Assembly: GCA_963662285.2 (NCBI GenBank)
Contig: CAXXMV010000002.1
Coordinates: 576,001 to 640,000, forward strand
Length of the DNA stretch: 64,000 nucleotides
Source: a bacterium
GTDB taxonomy: Bacteria > Hinthialibacterota > Hinthialibacteria > Hinthialibacterales > Hinthialibacteraceae
Direction: 5' to 3'
This document shows, one piece after another, positions 29,517 through 39,823 of this stretch (position 1 is the stretch's first letter; each line of letters begins with the position of its first letter). Under the pieces are notes generated by a model. It was not told the DNA's origin. It saw nothing but the letters and a program-made list of their open reading frames with translations, and searched no databases. The position numbers were made by a program, and so were the translations under genes.

Positions 29517-30905
29517 ATGGAGATACGACCTCATATCATCATCATTGGCGGTGGATTCGGTGGTTTGTACGCCGCTAAAACTCTAAGACGCGCTGCTGTT
29601 GATATTACGCTTATCGATAAACGTAATTTTCATCTTTTTCAACCACTGTTATATCAAGTTGCCACAGGAGGTTTATCACCGGGTGATATCGCATCTCCAT
29701 TGCGGGCGGTGCTAAAAAATCAAAAAAATACCCGTGTTATAATGGGATCGGTAACGGATATTGATAGCAAAAACCGCAAAGTTTTCTTAAAAGATAAATC
29801 TCTCGACTATGATTACCTGATAGTCGCAACCGGAGTTAGACATGCCTATTTCGGCAACGACCAGTGGGAAGATATTGCGCCCGGCTTAAAAACCATCGAA
29901 GACGCCGTTGAAATGAGACGTCGTTTGTTCTACGCCTTTGAAGCAGCCGAACGCGAAACCAACACAGAAAAACAAAACCGCTGGTTGAATTTCGTACTCG
30001 TAGGAGGCGGCCCGACCGGAGTTGAACTGGCTGGGGCGCTGGCCGAATTAGCCAGGCATACCTTGAAGAATAATTTCCGCAACATAAATCCAGCCCATGC
30101 CCGCATTCACCTGATCGAAGGCATGGACCGCATATTATCCGTTTATCCCGAAAAACTATCTGCCAAAGCGCATAGCAGCCTAGAAAAACTAGGCGTTACA
30201 ATTCATACCAATACGTTTGTAACAGACATTGACCAGAACTCAGCAACCATGCGCCATGAAGAGAAAGATTTTATTATCCCGACTAAAACCGTTTTTTGGG
30301 CAGCTGGAGTTCAAGCCTCATCGTTAGGCAAGATTTTAGGAGAACAAACATCTGCGACGCTGGATCGTATTGGTCGAATCGAAGTCGAGCCTGATTTAAG
30401 CATCCCAGGTAATCCGGAAATATTCGTCGTCGGAGATTTAGCGAATTTCAAGCACCAGACCGCCAATCCACTGCCCGGCGTGGCTCCGGTCGCTATGCAA
30501 CAAGGTCTATACGCCGCCAAAATAATAATCCAAAAACTCAAAGGTAAGAAACATAAACCATTTCATTATCATAACCGGGGCAGCATGGCCGTTATCGGAA
30601 GAGCCGCTGCGGTAGCTGATTTGAAATTCTTTATGTTTTCCGGTTACCCGGCATGGTTTATTTGGTTATTTATTCATATCATGTACCTTGTAGGATATCA
30701 AAACAGGTTATTGGTTTTTATTCAGTGGGCTATCAATTACTTCACTCTCAACCGTGGCGCACGGCTAATAACCGAACAACATCTAAGCGTACTCAAAGCG
30801 CTTAAAAAGCAAGAAGAGAACAAAAATCGGGGGGAGGAGGTGATCGCGGACCGGTCTAACCGGTGCGAGGAAAGTCCGGACTCCAAAGAGCAGAACGCTG
30901 GGTAA
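29517..30905 (+). CDS. ndh: Type II NADH dehydrogenase (NAD(P)/FAD oxidoreductase)
   Basis: IIGGGFGG, FQPLLYQVATG, VGGGPTGVELAG, WAAGV and APVAMQQG motifs. Confidence 0.92.
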   Translation: MEIRPHIIIIGGGFGGLYAAKTLRRAAVDITLIDKRNFHLFQPLLYQVATGGLSPGDIASPLRAVLKNQKNTRVIMGSVTDIDSKNRKVFLKDKSLDYDYLIVATGVRHAYFGNDQWEDIAPGLKTIEDAVEMRRRLFYAFEAAERETNTEKQNRWLNFVLVGGGPTGVELAGALAELARHTLKNNFRNINPAHARIHLIEGMDRILSVYPEKLSAKAHSSLEKLGVTIHTNTFVTDIDQNSATMRHEEKDFIIPTKTVFWAAGVQASSLGKILGEQTSATLDRIGRIEVEPDLSIPGNPEIFVVGDLANFKHQTANPLPGVAPVAMQQGLYAAKIIIQKLKGKKHKPFHYHNRGSMAVIGRAAAVADLKFFMFSGYPAWFIWLFIHIMYLVGYQNRLLVFIQWAINYFTLNRGARLITEQHLSVLKALKKQEENKNRGEEVIADRSNRCEESPDSKEQNAG

Positions 30906-31189
30906 CTCCCAGGAGGGGTAACCCTATGGAAAGCGCAACAGAAAATATACCGCCTGCATTATTGTAGGTAAGGGTGAAATGGTGGGGTAAGAGCCTACCG
31001 CAGTTCCGGGCGACCGGACTGGCACGGCAAGCCCCGTTCGGAGCAATGCCAAATAGGAGAGGGAGGCGCTGCTCGCGCCGATCCGCCTTCGGGCGGCGAA
31101 CTCTCGGGTAGGCAGCTTGAGGCCGTTGGTAACAACAAGCCCAGATAAATGATCACCCTCGACAAAATCCGGCTTATACCTCCCCCCGA
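30827..31189 (+). ncRNA. rnpB: RNase P RNA (bacterial, type A-like)
   Basis: GAGGAAAGTCCGGACTCC, GGAAAGCGCAACAGAAA, AGGGTGAAATGGTGGGGTAAGAGCCTACCG and ACAAAATCCGGCTTAT conserved regions; P1 helix tcggggggagg / cctccccccga. Confidence 0.96.
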
Positions 31190-31213
31190 ATAAAAAAAGA
31201 TGATAATCACCTC

Positions 31214-31272
31214 TTGATAATTAATTAATCACCGTTATAATGCATCCTAAGGATGCATTATAACGGTGATTA
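31214..31272 (+). promoter_or_regulatory. sigma70-like promoter with a perfect 23-bp inverted-repeat operator for abiE
   Basis: TTGATA(31214)-16 bp-TATAAT(31236); arms taatcaccgttataatgcatcct (31226-31248) and aggatgcattataacggtgatta (31250-31272). Confidence 0.82.
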
Positions 31273-32150
31273 TGAAAACCATCGAAAAAGCGCTGTTACA
31301 ATATATAGATAATTACGAACTCGCACTTATTGCGGATTACCAAATAAGCGTTCTTTTTTTCACGCTCCCCGAAAACCAAAGAAGAGAATTAAATATTGAT
31401 TCCCCATTAAAAAAGAATACGATTACTGGAATTATCGAAAGATTTCTTTCCCTCGGATTATTACAATTAAACAAATCTTTCCCCAAAAACAATATTTATA
31501 ACATCATAGGGAAAAAACCTTCTATTGAAGAAATCTCTTGTATTATAAATCCCTTCTCCTATATATCTCATCTAAGCGCAATAGAGCATCATGGTCTTAC
31601 TAACCGAATCTCAAAAACCCTTTTTCTCTCATCTCCACCTGACAAAAAGTGGAATGAATTAGCTAAACAAAAAATGAGTAGTGATCTAGGTGAATTATTT
31701 CCTGATTATTTGAAAAGCGGATTACCAAGATTAAAAAGGATTCATGTAGAGAAAATCAATAAACATACTTTAAATATCCATAAAAGTAGTTATTTAGGAG
31801 CGTTTAAATCACATAATAATATCCGCGTTTCAAAAATTGGACGAACCTTTCTCGATATGATCCGCGAACCAAACCTCTGCGGTGGTATAGAGCATGTTTT
31901 GGATATCTATCAGGAGCATTCAGAAAAATATCTAAGATTGATAGTAGAGGAAATCAATAGAAACGGCAAAAAAATCGATAAAATTCGTGCAGGTTATATA
32001 CTTACGGAACGATGCAAACTCGATCATCCATTGATCCATGAATGGGAACAATGCGCTCAAAGAGGCGGTTCGCAAAAACTCGATGCGTCCACCGAATACA
32101 GTCCGGAATATTCAGAACGCTGGAAACTGTCAATCAACACAATCACATAA
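31272..32150 (+). CDS. Type IV toxin-antitoxin AbiEi-family antitoxin / transcriptional regulator
   Basis: YISHLSAIEHHGLT, RTFLDMIREPNLCGG and RAGYIL motifs; upstream of AbiEii. Confidence 0.82.
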   Translation: MKTIEKALLQYIDNYELALIADYQISVLFFTLPENQRRELNIDSPLKKNTITGIIERFLSLGLLQLNKSFPKNNIYNIIGKKPSIEEISCIINPFSYISHLSAIEHHGLTNRISKTLFLSSPPDKKWNELAKQKMSSDLGELFPDYLKSGLPRLKRIHVEKINKHTLNIHKSSYLGAFKSHNNIRVSKIGRTFLDMIREPNLCGGIEHVLDIYQEHSEKYLRLIVEEINRNGKKIDKIRAGYILTERCKLDHPLIHEWEQCAQRGGSQKLDASTEYSPEYSERWKLSINTIT

Positions 32151-32153
32151 CAA

Positions 32154-33023
32154 ATGAAAAAGGCTCTAATCAATATTGAAAAGTGGGTTCAACAAAAAAC
32201 CGAAAAGCCGCCCAAGCCATTTCGGGAAGCCGTTCATTCAATTCTTTTTGCAATTACAAATTCGGACTATCTATTGCGCAATATGATCATCAAAGGTGGA
32301 ATGCTTCTTGCAATAAGATACCAAAGCACCCGCTTTACCAAGGATATCGATTTTTCAACATCTGAATCCTATACCGAGAAGAAACAGCAGGAATTAATTA
32401 AAGAACTTGAACAAAGCCTTACTGATAACGTTGATATTCTTGGCTATGATCTTGATTGCAGAGTTCAATCCTGCAAAATCCAACCAGCCAATCAACCAGA
32501 ACCAACATTTCCATCATTGAAAATAAAGATTGGCTATGCCTATATAGGAACAAGAGAGCATAAACGATTAGTCATGAAAAATGCTTCATCCGTCATTGAT
32601 ATAGATTTCAATTACAATGAATCCATGCCTCATATTGAAGAAATTCTAATATCTGAAGGCAAAAAAATCTTAGCCTACAGTTTGAATGATCTAATTGCGG
32701 AGAAATATCGGGCTATCCTTCAACAAAAAGAGAGAAAACGTACTCGACGACAGGACATCTATGATTTACATTATCTATTTCAAAACCTAGATGATTTTCC
32801 CCCGGAAGATAAAACTGAAATACTAGAAACTCTCATACTCAAAGCAAAATCACGAAACCTTTTAATCAATCGAGATTCCATGGATAATGCAGATATCCGT
32901 AAAAGATCAAAGCAAGATTACAATACGATCAAATATGAAATAGTCGGTGAACTACCAGATTTTGATGAAGCCTATGATATGATTCAGAATTTTTATCAAT
33001 CATTACCTTGGAAATCAAAATAA
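32154..33023 (+). CDS. AbiEii/AbiGii-family nucleotidyltransferase toxin
   Basis: IKGGMLL..RFTKDIDFS, AEKYRA and R.QDIYDL motifs. Confidence 0.9.
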   Translation: MKKALINIEKWVQQKTEKPPKPFREAVHSILFAITNSDYLLRNMIIKGGMLLAIRYQSTRFTKDIDFSTSESYTEKKQQELIKELEQSLTDNVDILGYDLDCRVQSCKIQPANQPEPTFPSLKIKIGYAYIGTREHKRLVMKNASSVIDIDFNYNESMPHIEEILISEGKKILAYSLNDLIAEKYRAILQQKERKRTRRQDIYDLHYLFQNLDDFPPEDKTEILETLILKAKSRNLLINRDSMDNADIRKRSKQDYNTIKYEIVGELPDFDEAYDMIQNFYQSLPWKSK

Positions 33024-33038
33024 TCGTTTCACTTGACC
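33017..33038 (+). repeat. 22-bp direct repeat, copy 1
   Basis: aaaataatcgtttcacttgacc, identical to 33887-33908. Confidence 0.8.
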
Positions 33039-33265
33039 TGACTAATACCTGAAGAAGAATACGCATCTCGAATTAATTAATAAGTACTTGACTTGTCCTC
33101 TGTCTTGTCGCCTTTACTCTTTCTTCAAAACTCTATTCACTCATTTCCAGAATCTGCCGTTGCTCTTACAAAACCTTCGCCGTACCATATAGAAAACTCA
33201 TATTGGAAGCGGAAAAGGATGCAAACAAAATGATTTAGAATCATATTTGTGTGAAGGAAAATAAC

Positions 33266-33829
33266 ATGAATAAACTGATTCAAAGAGCATTCACATTAAT
33301 TGAGTTGCTTATAGTTGTCGCTATTATTGGAATATTAGCAGCGATTGCGGTTCCAAATTTTTTGAACGCACAGCTACGGGCTCGCGTTGCCCGAGTCATG
33401 AACGATCAACAAGCCATCGGGACCGCGTTGGGCATGTATCAGATAGACTATAATGCTTTCCCTCCTTTTTTAAATTGGCCGGATTTCGCATATGTGGGCG
33501 TCAAGGAACTGACAACGCCCACTGCTTATATGGCTGATTACCCGGTTGACCCATTTCAAAGCGCCAAAGAAGGATCGGGTGTTCCGGATACCTTTAAGTA
33601 TATAAAAATGTCGTATTACAACCTTGATATAATGAATCAGACCGGGCAAGCTCGAGGTAATACCAGTTTCGGCGTGAAAGAATATCGCCAGGGGCATAAA
33701 TGGTGCGTACGCAGTTTCGGTCCTAATCGGCTGGCGGATTATGATAGCAGTCTCGATGTATTTCCGACATATGATATGAGCAATGGCTTGATGAGCGTAG
33801 GAGATATTTACCGTTGGGGCCCGGGTTAA
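33266..33829 (+). CDS. Prepilin-type N-terminal cleavage/methylation protein (GspG/pilin-like)
   Basis: AFTLIELLIVVAIIGILAAIAVPNF class III signal; LTTP..Y...P.DPF and S.GP motifs. Confidence 0.9.
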   Translation: MNKLIQRAFTLIELLIVVAIIGILAAIAVPNFLNAQLRARVARVMNDQQAIGTALGMYQIDYNAFPPFLNWPDFAYVGVKELTTPTAYMADYPVDPFQSAKEGSGVPDTFKYIKMSYYNLDIMNQTGQARGNTSFGVKEYRQGHKWCVRSFGPNRLADYDSSLDVFPTYDMSNGLMSVGDIYRWGPG

Positions 33830-33886
33830 TTCATCTACCAGTTGGTTATGGAACGATCCTCACTGTTCCTACAATGCACCTTGACT

Positions 33887-33908
33887 AAAATAATCGTTTC
33901 ACTTGACC
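33887..33908 (+). repeat. 22-bp direct repeat, copy 2
   Basis: Identical to 33017-33038. Confidence 0.8.
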
Positions 33909-33963
33909 ATCCTAAAACCTATACGAGAATATACAAATCGAATAGGAACAGTGAGGCCATATC

Positions 33964-34770
33964 ATGAAAGTTACAATTACCATAGCAATAGTTTTTTCTC
34001 TTGTTGGATTCGCCTTTGCTATAAATGCAACTGCCGCCGACTGGCAATTAGTCTGGTCGGACGAGTTCGATAAACCAGGTTTACCTGATGCCAAGAAGTG
34101 GGGTTATGAAGTTGGTTTTATTCGCAACAACGAAAAGCAGTATTACACTAAAGAACGAGCTGAAAACGCCCGCGTTGAAAATGGCTCATTGGTTATCGAA
34201 TCACGTAAAGAGCAATATAAAAACGCTGATTATACGTCCGCCAGTCTAAATACCGCAAAAACAGCGACATGGACTTATGGCAAAATCGAAGTGCGCGCCA
34301 AGTTGCCAACAGGAAAAGGCATGTGGCCCGCCATCTGGATGCTGGGCGTCAATATGCCTGAAGTAGGATGGCCCAAATGCGGCGAAATCGACATTATGGA
34401 AAACGTCGGTTACGATCCAGACGTAATACATGCCAATATCCATACCGAGAAATACAACCACGTCAAAAAAACCGGCAAAGGTTCCAAGACCACCATCAAA
34501 AAACCATCCCAGGATTTCCACATCTATAAAGTCGAATGGTTCCCTGATCGTTTGGATTTCTTTGTAGATGATCAAAAATATTTCACCTACGAAAATGACG
34601 GAGAAGGAAACCCCAGTTGGCCGTTCGATAAAGATCATTACTTGATCCTAAATGCTGCAATTGGAGGAAGTTGGGGAGGTCAAAAAGGAATTGACGACTC
34701 GATTTTTCCACAAAAATATTACTTTGACTATGTTCGGATTTATCAACAAACGACCAAAGTCAAAAACTGA
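33964..34770 (+). CDS. Secreted glycoside hydrolase family 16 (laminarinase-like)
   Basis: Signal peptide; WSDEF, WPAIWML and GEIDIMEN catalytic motif. Confidence 0.93.
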   Translation: MKVTITIAIVFSLVGFAFAINATAADWQLVWSDEFDKPGLPDAKKWGYEVGFIRNNEKQYYTKERAENARVENGSLVIESRKEQYKNADYTSASLNTAKTATWTYGKIEVRAKLPTGKGMWPAIWMLGVNMPEVGWPKCGEIDIMENVGYDPDVIHANIHTEKYNHVKKTGKGSKTTIKKPSQDFHIYKVEWFPDRLDFFVDDQKYFTYENDGEGNPSWPFDKDHYLILNAAIGGSWGGQKGIDDSIFPQKYYFDYVRIYQQTTKVKN

Positions 34771-35200
34771 ACCAAATAAAAAAACAAAAAAGGAATCATA
34801 AAAATCCCGGAAATTTAGTTATTTAGTTTTACCAACCGGGATTTCAGTCAAATTGGGATAGTTGGGATTAAAAAATCTGTAATTAGCGCTTTTTTAAATA
34901 AAAAAAGTAAATCACCAACTATAATTCTAAAAGATATGATAATAATATAAATTTTATATGCAGCCATGATAAAACAAACGAAATTTAATGTTTTTTATCA
35001 TTTTAATTATAATTCAAACTCTGGAATATCTTCTTTTGGAGTAATTCCTTCCATTGATAGGCTGTTTAGTTAGCGTGTTTTGCTTACATGATTGCATGAG
35101 AACAGTTGACATGTGAGAAAGCTGCTTTAATATTTCTGAAATAGGATTTGATAACTTAAATGTGCGCTTGATTTCGCTTAGGTTTTGAAAGGGTCAACGG

Positions 35201-35440
35201 ATGTCTCGGCAACCGACAGAGTCTTCAAAATATAAGTGGATGCGCGTTGCCGGACAATGTTCTTTTATCCCGACATATCTTGCTTTATTCCCCATAGCGT
35301 TTTATTACGTGGGGAAATGGCTGGACGGCAAGATCGGGACAACGTGGCTAAGCGTCGCATTTTTGTTTCTAGGACTTGTATCCGCGTTCCGGCAGACCTA
35401 TTTCATTATCAAGCGGTTGCTGGAGACGCTGGAGGAATAA
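35201..35440 (+). CDS. AtpZ/AtpI-family small membrane protein
   Basis: GKWLDGKIGT.W....LG...AF pattern; first gene of the atp operon. Confidence 0.8.
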   Translation: MSRQPTESSKYKWMRVAGQCSFIPTYLALFPIAFYYVGKWLDGKIGTTWLSVAFLFLGLVSAFRQTYFIIKRLLETLEE

Positions 35441-35441
35441 A

Positions 35442-35816
35442 TTGGATTCAGAAGGACTGGCGCGGGTGTTGCGCCGATCGTATTGGGTTACGATTTTATG
35501 CGCCTTGGTTATCTGGATCTTCTGGGATGGAAGTCACGCGTTGGGAATAGCGTTTGGCGGACTTTGGTCGACAACCAACATTTGGGCGATAAAGGGATTA
35601 TTTGAGAATATCTGTAATTCCGGAAGCATATTTAACATTGCTTTATTCGCTCAGTTGAAAATGCCTGTTTTGTATGGCATTGGCGCATTGGTTTTATTTA
35701 CCGTCCCGTTATCAATTGGAGCAGGAATTTTCGGGTTTCATATCCCGTTCGTATTAATAGTGGCCGAAGCTGTTGTTCATGGAAGTGATGAAGCGCCAAG
35801 CGCAAAAGTCTCCTGA
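35442..35816 (+). CDS. atpI: ATP synthase protein I
   Basis: Four TM segments; TTG start after GGAGGA; located before atpB. Confidence 0.72.
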   Translation: MDSEGLARVLRRSYWVTILCALVIWIFWDGSHALGIAFGGLWSTTNIWAIKGLFENICNSGSIFNIALFAQLKMPVLYGIGALVLFTVPLSIGAGIFGFHIPFVLIVAEAVVHGSDEAPSAKVS

Positions 35817-35851
35817 TAGGATGCTGATTAGTGCTTGAGGGTACCGCTAGC

Positions 35852-36742
35852 ATGTCCATACTGTATTCCGTCATACCAAACGTCGTCTTGCAAGCTGGCG
35901 AGCATCTAGCCTCCCAGGCAGCTTCGCATGCTGCGGATCAAACTGCAACGGCTCAGGCCGCATCCGCACATCCTCCCGAATTGCCCAATTTCGTGCATTT
36001 ACTGCATGAATTCTTCCCTGATAGTTCATTGTTTTATAACTTATGGCAAATTCAGGACTTAGTTTTTATTGTGATTATTATCGCTGTGATTGCAGCGTTC
36101 TTTAGTGCGGCGACCCGCAAAATGTCAATAATTCCCCGTCGTTTACAGTGCATGGTGGAGATGATCGTTGAAGGTTTGCTTGGCGTTGTTTGCGGCATCC
36201 TTGGCGAAAAAAATGGCCGCCGTTATTTCCCCTTCCTGGGTTCCCTGTTTATCTTCATTATCTGCATGAATTGGTTTGGCTTAATTCCATTCATGAAATC
36301 GCCGTCATCCAACATTCTGGTTACGGCGTCGCTAGCCATCTGCGTTTTTATCTTTGTGCAATTTACCGCCATAAAGCGTCTGGGTATTAAAGGCTTCTTC
36401 TTTCATTTGATGGGAGAACCCAGAGATGCGGTTGGCTGGGCGATGGTTCCTCTCTTTTTACCCTTGCATATTCTGGAAGAATTTATCAAACCGCTTAGTC
36501 TGGCCTGTCGACTATATGGTAATGTGTACGGCGAAGATGTGTTGCTGGGTGTTGGTCTGGTATTGGGCATCGGTATGGTTGCTGTTGTTTGGCCTGGAAC
36601 ATTTATTGGAGTTCCGCTTCATTTACCATTCGTTTTACTGGCTATATTATTAAGCGCCATTCAGGCTCTGGTCTTTACCCTGCTGGCCTCAGTTTATCTT
36701 TCGATGGTTATGCCGCATGAAGATCATGATGACGAGCATTAA
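35852..36742 (+). CDS. atpB: ATP synthase F0 subunit a
   Basis: [12 protein letters not shown] and IQALVFTLL motifs. Confidence 0.95.
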   Translation: MSILYSVIPNVVLQAGEHLASQAASHAADQTATAQAASAHPPELPNFVHLLHEFFPDSSLFYNLWQIQDLVFIVIIIAVIAAFFSAATRKMSIIPRRLQCMVEMIVEGLLGVVCGILGEKNGRRYFPFLGSLFIFIICMNWFGLIPFMKSPSSNILVTASLAICVFIFVQFTAIKRLGIKGFFFHLMGEPRDAVGWAMVPLFLPLHILEEFIKPLSLACRLYGNVYGEDVLLGVGLVLGIGMVAVVWPGTFIGVPLHLPFVLLAILLSAIQALVFTLLASVYLSMVMPHEDHDDEH

Positions 36743-36822
36743 TAGAAAAAGTATGTAATCCTGGCATAGGCCGGGTGCAGAAATATATCGAATTCGTTCG
36801 TGCCGAAGGATTTAAGGAGGAT

Positions 36823-37059
36823 ATGATGGAAGAACAACTCGCAACCTTTTTGACGTCCCAGGGAGCATATCATATTGGCATCGGTCTGGCCGCTATCGGG
36901 TCAGGTCTTGGTTTGGGCATGGCCGTTAGTAAGGCGATGGAAGCTATGGGACGCCAGCCGGAAGCTGCAGGACGCATTCAGACTGGTATGATTATCGGCG
37001 CGGCGTTTATCGAAGCGTTGACAATTTACGCTCTGATTTCTAGTTTTATCCGTATGTAA
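36823..37059 (+). CDS. atpE: ATP synthase F0 subunit c
   Basis: GxGxG, RQPEA and FIEALTIY; AAGGAGG RBS. Confidence 0.96.
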   Translation: MMEEQLATFLTSQGAYHIGIGLAAIGSGLGLGMAVSKAMEAMGRQPEAAGRIQTGMIIGAAFIEALTIYALISSFIRM

Positions 37060-37108
37060 CCTGTAACTTTTCGGCGTCCAGTTACGGACGACGTAGGGAG
37101 TATTGCGC

Positions 37109-37666
37109 ATGAGTTTGTATCATTTATCTATAATCAGCGCTCAGGTTATCGCCGCAGCAGAAGGGACTCATGAAGCCAGCGCCGGTCCGTCTATTCCGGC
37201 GATGATGATCACGGTGATTGTGGGTTTCCTGGTGGTCTATTGGATCTTGAAGACCTACGCTTTTGGTCCTGTCTTAGACATGATTGATCAGCGCGCCGAC
37301 AAGATCGAATCTGAACTGAAGCGGGCGGATGACGCCCGTCTTCAGGCGGAAGCGGATCGCTCCGAAGCTGAAAATCGTCTTCGAAATATCGAAGACGAAG
37401 CTCGGGTCAAAATGCAGGCGATGATGACTGAAGCTAAGCAGCTGGCCGATTCGATTCACCAAAAAGCGCAGAAGGATTCGGCGGATTTGCTGGATAAAGC
37501 GCGGCAAAACATAGAGTTTGAAACAGAGAAAGCCCGCGAGACAATCAAGTCTGATGTTGTTAATCTGACTATAAGCGCTGCTGAGCATCTGATTAAAGAG
37601 AATTTGGATGATCCGAAGCAACGCGAACTGATTGGTGATTTTTTGACTCGAATTGAAAGGAACTGA
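37109..37666 (+). CDS. atpF: ATP synthase F0 subunit b
   Basis: TM followed by P+..R...I and a long coiled coil. Confidence 0.92.
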   Translation: MSLYHLSIISAQVIAAAEGTHEASAGPSIPAMMITVIVGFLVVYWILKTYAFGPVLDMIDQRADKIESELKRADDARLQAEADRSEAENRLRNIEDEARVKMQAMMTEAKQLADSIHQKAQKDSADLLDKARQNIEFETEKARETIKSDVVNLTISAAEHLIKENLDDPKQRELIGDFLTRIERN

Positions 37667-37668
37667 CG

Positions 37669-38226
37669 GTGCCAAAAGATCCACTTGTCGCTTCCAATTA
37701 TGCAAAAGCTCTCTTGCATGTCGTGAAGAAAAGCGAAACCAAACTTCGCGATGCGCTGGATGAGGCTCTGCATTTCAAGAGTCTCGTAAAAAACGAGCCT
37801 AAACTCCGCATCTTTCTCGAAGGGCCTCAATTTCGTGAGGAAGATAAAGAACGCTTGGTAACCAACGTTTTTAAATCTGAATTGTCGGAGATTTTCTTCC
37901 AGTTTCTGATTATTCTCTTGCGGCGCGACCGCATCGAACATCTTTTCGATATTCTTGAGGTGTTCGAAGAGTTAGTGGAACAGGATGAAGGTATAACGCC
38001 TGGCACGGTGTTTACTGCAATTGGTTTATCTGATGAAGAGCGGCTGGCGGTGAAAGAGAAACTGGAAGCCAAGTGCGGGTTGAAATTCGATTTACGTTTC
38101 AAAATCGATCCCAGCCTGATTGGCGGAGTTAAAGTGCAATACAGAGATGTTCTGATCGATTCCTCGATTCAGACTCATCTCGGTGATTTACGGCATCGCT
38201 TAATGCAAACGCGGCTTGCATCCTAA
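37669..38226 (+). CDS. atpH: ATP synthase F1 subunit delta
   Basis: VASNYAKAL and [12 protein letters not shown] motifs. Confidence 0.93.
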   Translation: MPKDPLVASNYAKALLHVVKKSETKLRDALDEALHFKSLVKNEPKLRIFLEGPQFREEDKERLVTNVFKSELSEIFFQFLIILLRRDRIEHLFDILEVFEELVEQDEGITPGTVFTAIGLSDEERLAVKEKLEAKCGLKFDLRFKIDPSLIGGVKVQYRDVLIDSSIQTHLGDLRHRLMQTRLAS

Positions 38227-38269
38227 TGCGCAAGTCTGGCCACTGCCCGCAGGAAGAGAGATAAGGAAG

Positions 38270-39799
38270 ATGGCTTTACGACCTGAAGAAATCACATCCG
38301 TTCTCGAAAAAGAACTTTCTTCTTTTGAGACCGATTTGAAGATGGATTCCGTAGGAACCATTCTCCGCGTCGGAGACGGAATTGCGACAATATATGGTCT
38401 CGAAGAGGCTATGGCTGGTGAACTTCTAGAGTTTTCAGATGGTTTGAAGGGGATGGTGCTCAACCTGGAAGAGAGTTGCGTTGGCGCCGCCTTGTTTGGA
38501 TCTGACCGTTATATTAAAGAAGGCGATCTGGTTAAACGAACTGGTAAAATCGCATCTGTTCCTGTTGGCGAAGCGATGGTAGGTCGCGTTGTTAATCCCC
38601 TTGGCGAGCCGATTGATGGAAAAGGACCGATTGTAACCAAGGAATTTCGTAATCTGGAACACAAGGCGCCTGGCGTCGTACGCCGTCAACCAGTTAAAGA
38701 ACCTTTAATGACAGGTTTGAAGGCTATTGACTCGATGATCCCCATTGGACGGGGACAGCGCGAACTCATCATCGGCGACCGTGGCACAGGTAAATCGGCG
38801 ATAGCGATTGACGCTATTATCAACCAACGTGAGACGGATGTTTATTGCATCTATGTCGCCGTTGGACAGAAGGCGTCAAGCGTCTCCGCTGTGGTGGATG
38901 TTCTGGAAAAGAACGGCGCCATGGATTATACAACTGTCATTTCGGCGACGGCTGAACAAGCTGCTACCTTACAGTATATCGCTCCATACGCCGGGGCGGC
39001 GATGGGCGAATATTTCCTCTTCAGCGGAAAGCATGTATTGGTCGTTTACGATGATCTTTCCAAACACGCAACAGCGTATCGTCAACTTTCATTGCTGTTG
39101 CGCCGTCCACCCGGACGCGAGGCTTATCCGGGCGATGTATTCTACCTGCATAGCCGTTTGCTGGAACGCGCAGCCAAAATGCATGATAACGAAGGCGGCG
39201 GATCCTTTACCGCGTTGCCCATTATCGAAACTCAGGCGGGCGACGTTTCGGCTTATATTCCAACCAATGTTATTTCCATTACTGATGGTCAGATATATCT
39301 GGAACCTGACTTGTTCTATGCGGGCGTCAAACCGGCGGTTAACGTTGGTCTCTCGGTATCCCGCGTAGGCGGCAATGCTCAGACTAAAGCGATGAAATCT
39401 GTAGCGGGTCGGCTTCGTCTTGATCTGGCTCAGTTTCGCGAGTTGGCGGCCTTCGCTCAGTTTGGTTCAGATTTGGATAAAGCGACCCAGGCTCAGTTGA
39501 TCCGCGGCGAGCGTATGGCCGAAATTCTCAAGCAGCATCAGTACGCGCCGCTTACCCTGGAACAGCAGGTTTTGATTGTTTTTGCCGGTGGTCAGGGTTA
39601 TCTGGATAGCCTCTCTTTAGATGAGTTGAAAAGTTTTGAAGAAGAACTCTCTACCTATATGGAAGAGAACTATGATCATGCTCTTCAGGCTATTAAACAA
39701 TCTAAAATAATCAGCGAAGACACCGAAAAGATGCTTAACGAGGGGATTAAGAAATTCAAAGATATGTTTGTTGTTCGCCAACAGAATCTCTCTGAATAG
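38270..39799 (+). CDS. atpA: ATP synthase F1 subunit alpha
   Basis: [17 protein letters not shown] and [23 protein letters not shown]. Confidence 0.98.
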   Translation: MALRPEEITSVLEKELSSFETDLKMDSVGTILRVGDGIATIYGLEEAMAGELLEFSDGLKGMVLNLEESCVGAALFGSDRYIKEGDLVKRTGKIASVPVGEAMVGRVVNPLGEPIDGKGPIVTKEFRNLEHKAPGVVRRQPVKEPLMTGLKAIDSMIPIGRGQRELIIGDRGTGKSAIAIDAIINQRETDVYCIYVAVGQKASSVSAVVDVLEKNGAMDYTTVISATAEQAATLQYIAPYAGAAMGEYFLFSGKHVLVVYDDLSKHATAYRQLSLLLRRPPGREAYPGDVFYLHSRLLERAAKMHDNEGGGSFTALPIIETQAGDVSAYIPTNVISITDGQIYLEPDLFYAGVKPAVNVGLSVSRVGGNAQTKAMKSVAGRLRLDLAQFRELAAFAQFGSDLDKATQAQLIRGERMAEILKQHQYAPLTLEQQVLIVFAGGQGYLDSLSLDELKSFEEELSTYMEENYDHALQAIKQSKIISEDTEKMLNEGIKKFKDMFVVRQQNLSE

Positions 39800-39823
39800 A
39801 AGTAGAGATAATAGGTAGATACG

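Noticed and set aside
30995-31210. 71-aa minus-strand ORF
   Set aside because: Antisense shadow of the RNase P RNA gene.
36823-37059. Na+-translocating or N-type ATPase
   Set aside because: Subunit c lacks the Na+ ligand signature and gene order is the standard F-type IBEFHAGDC.
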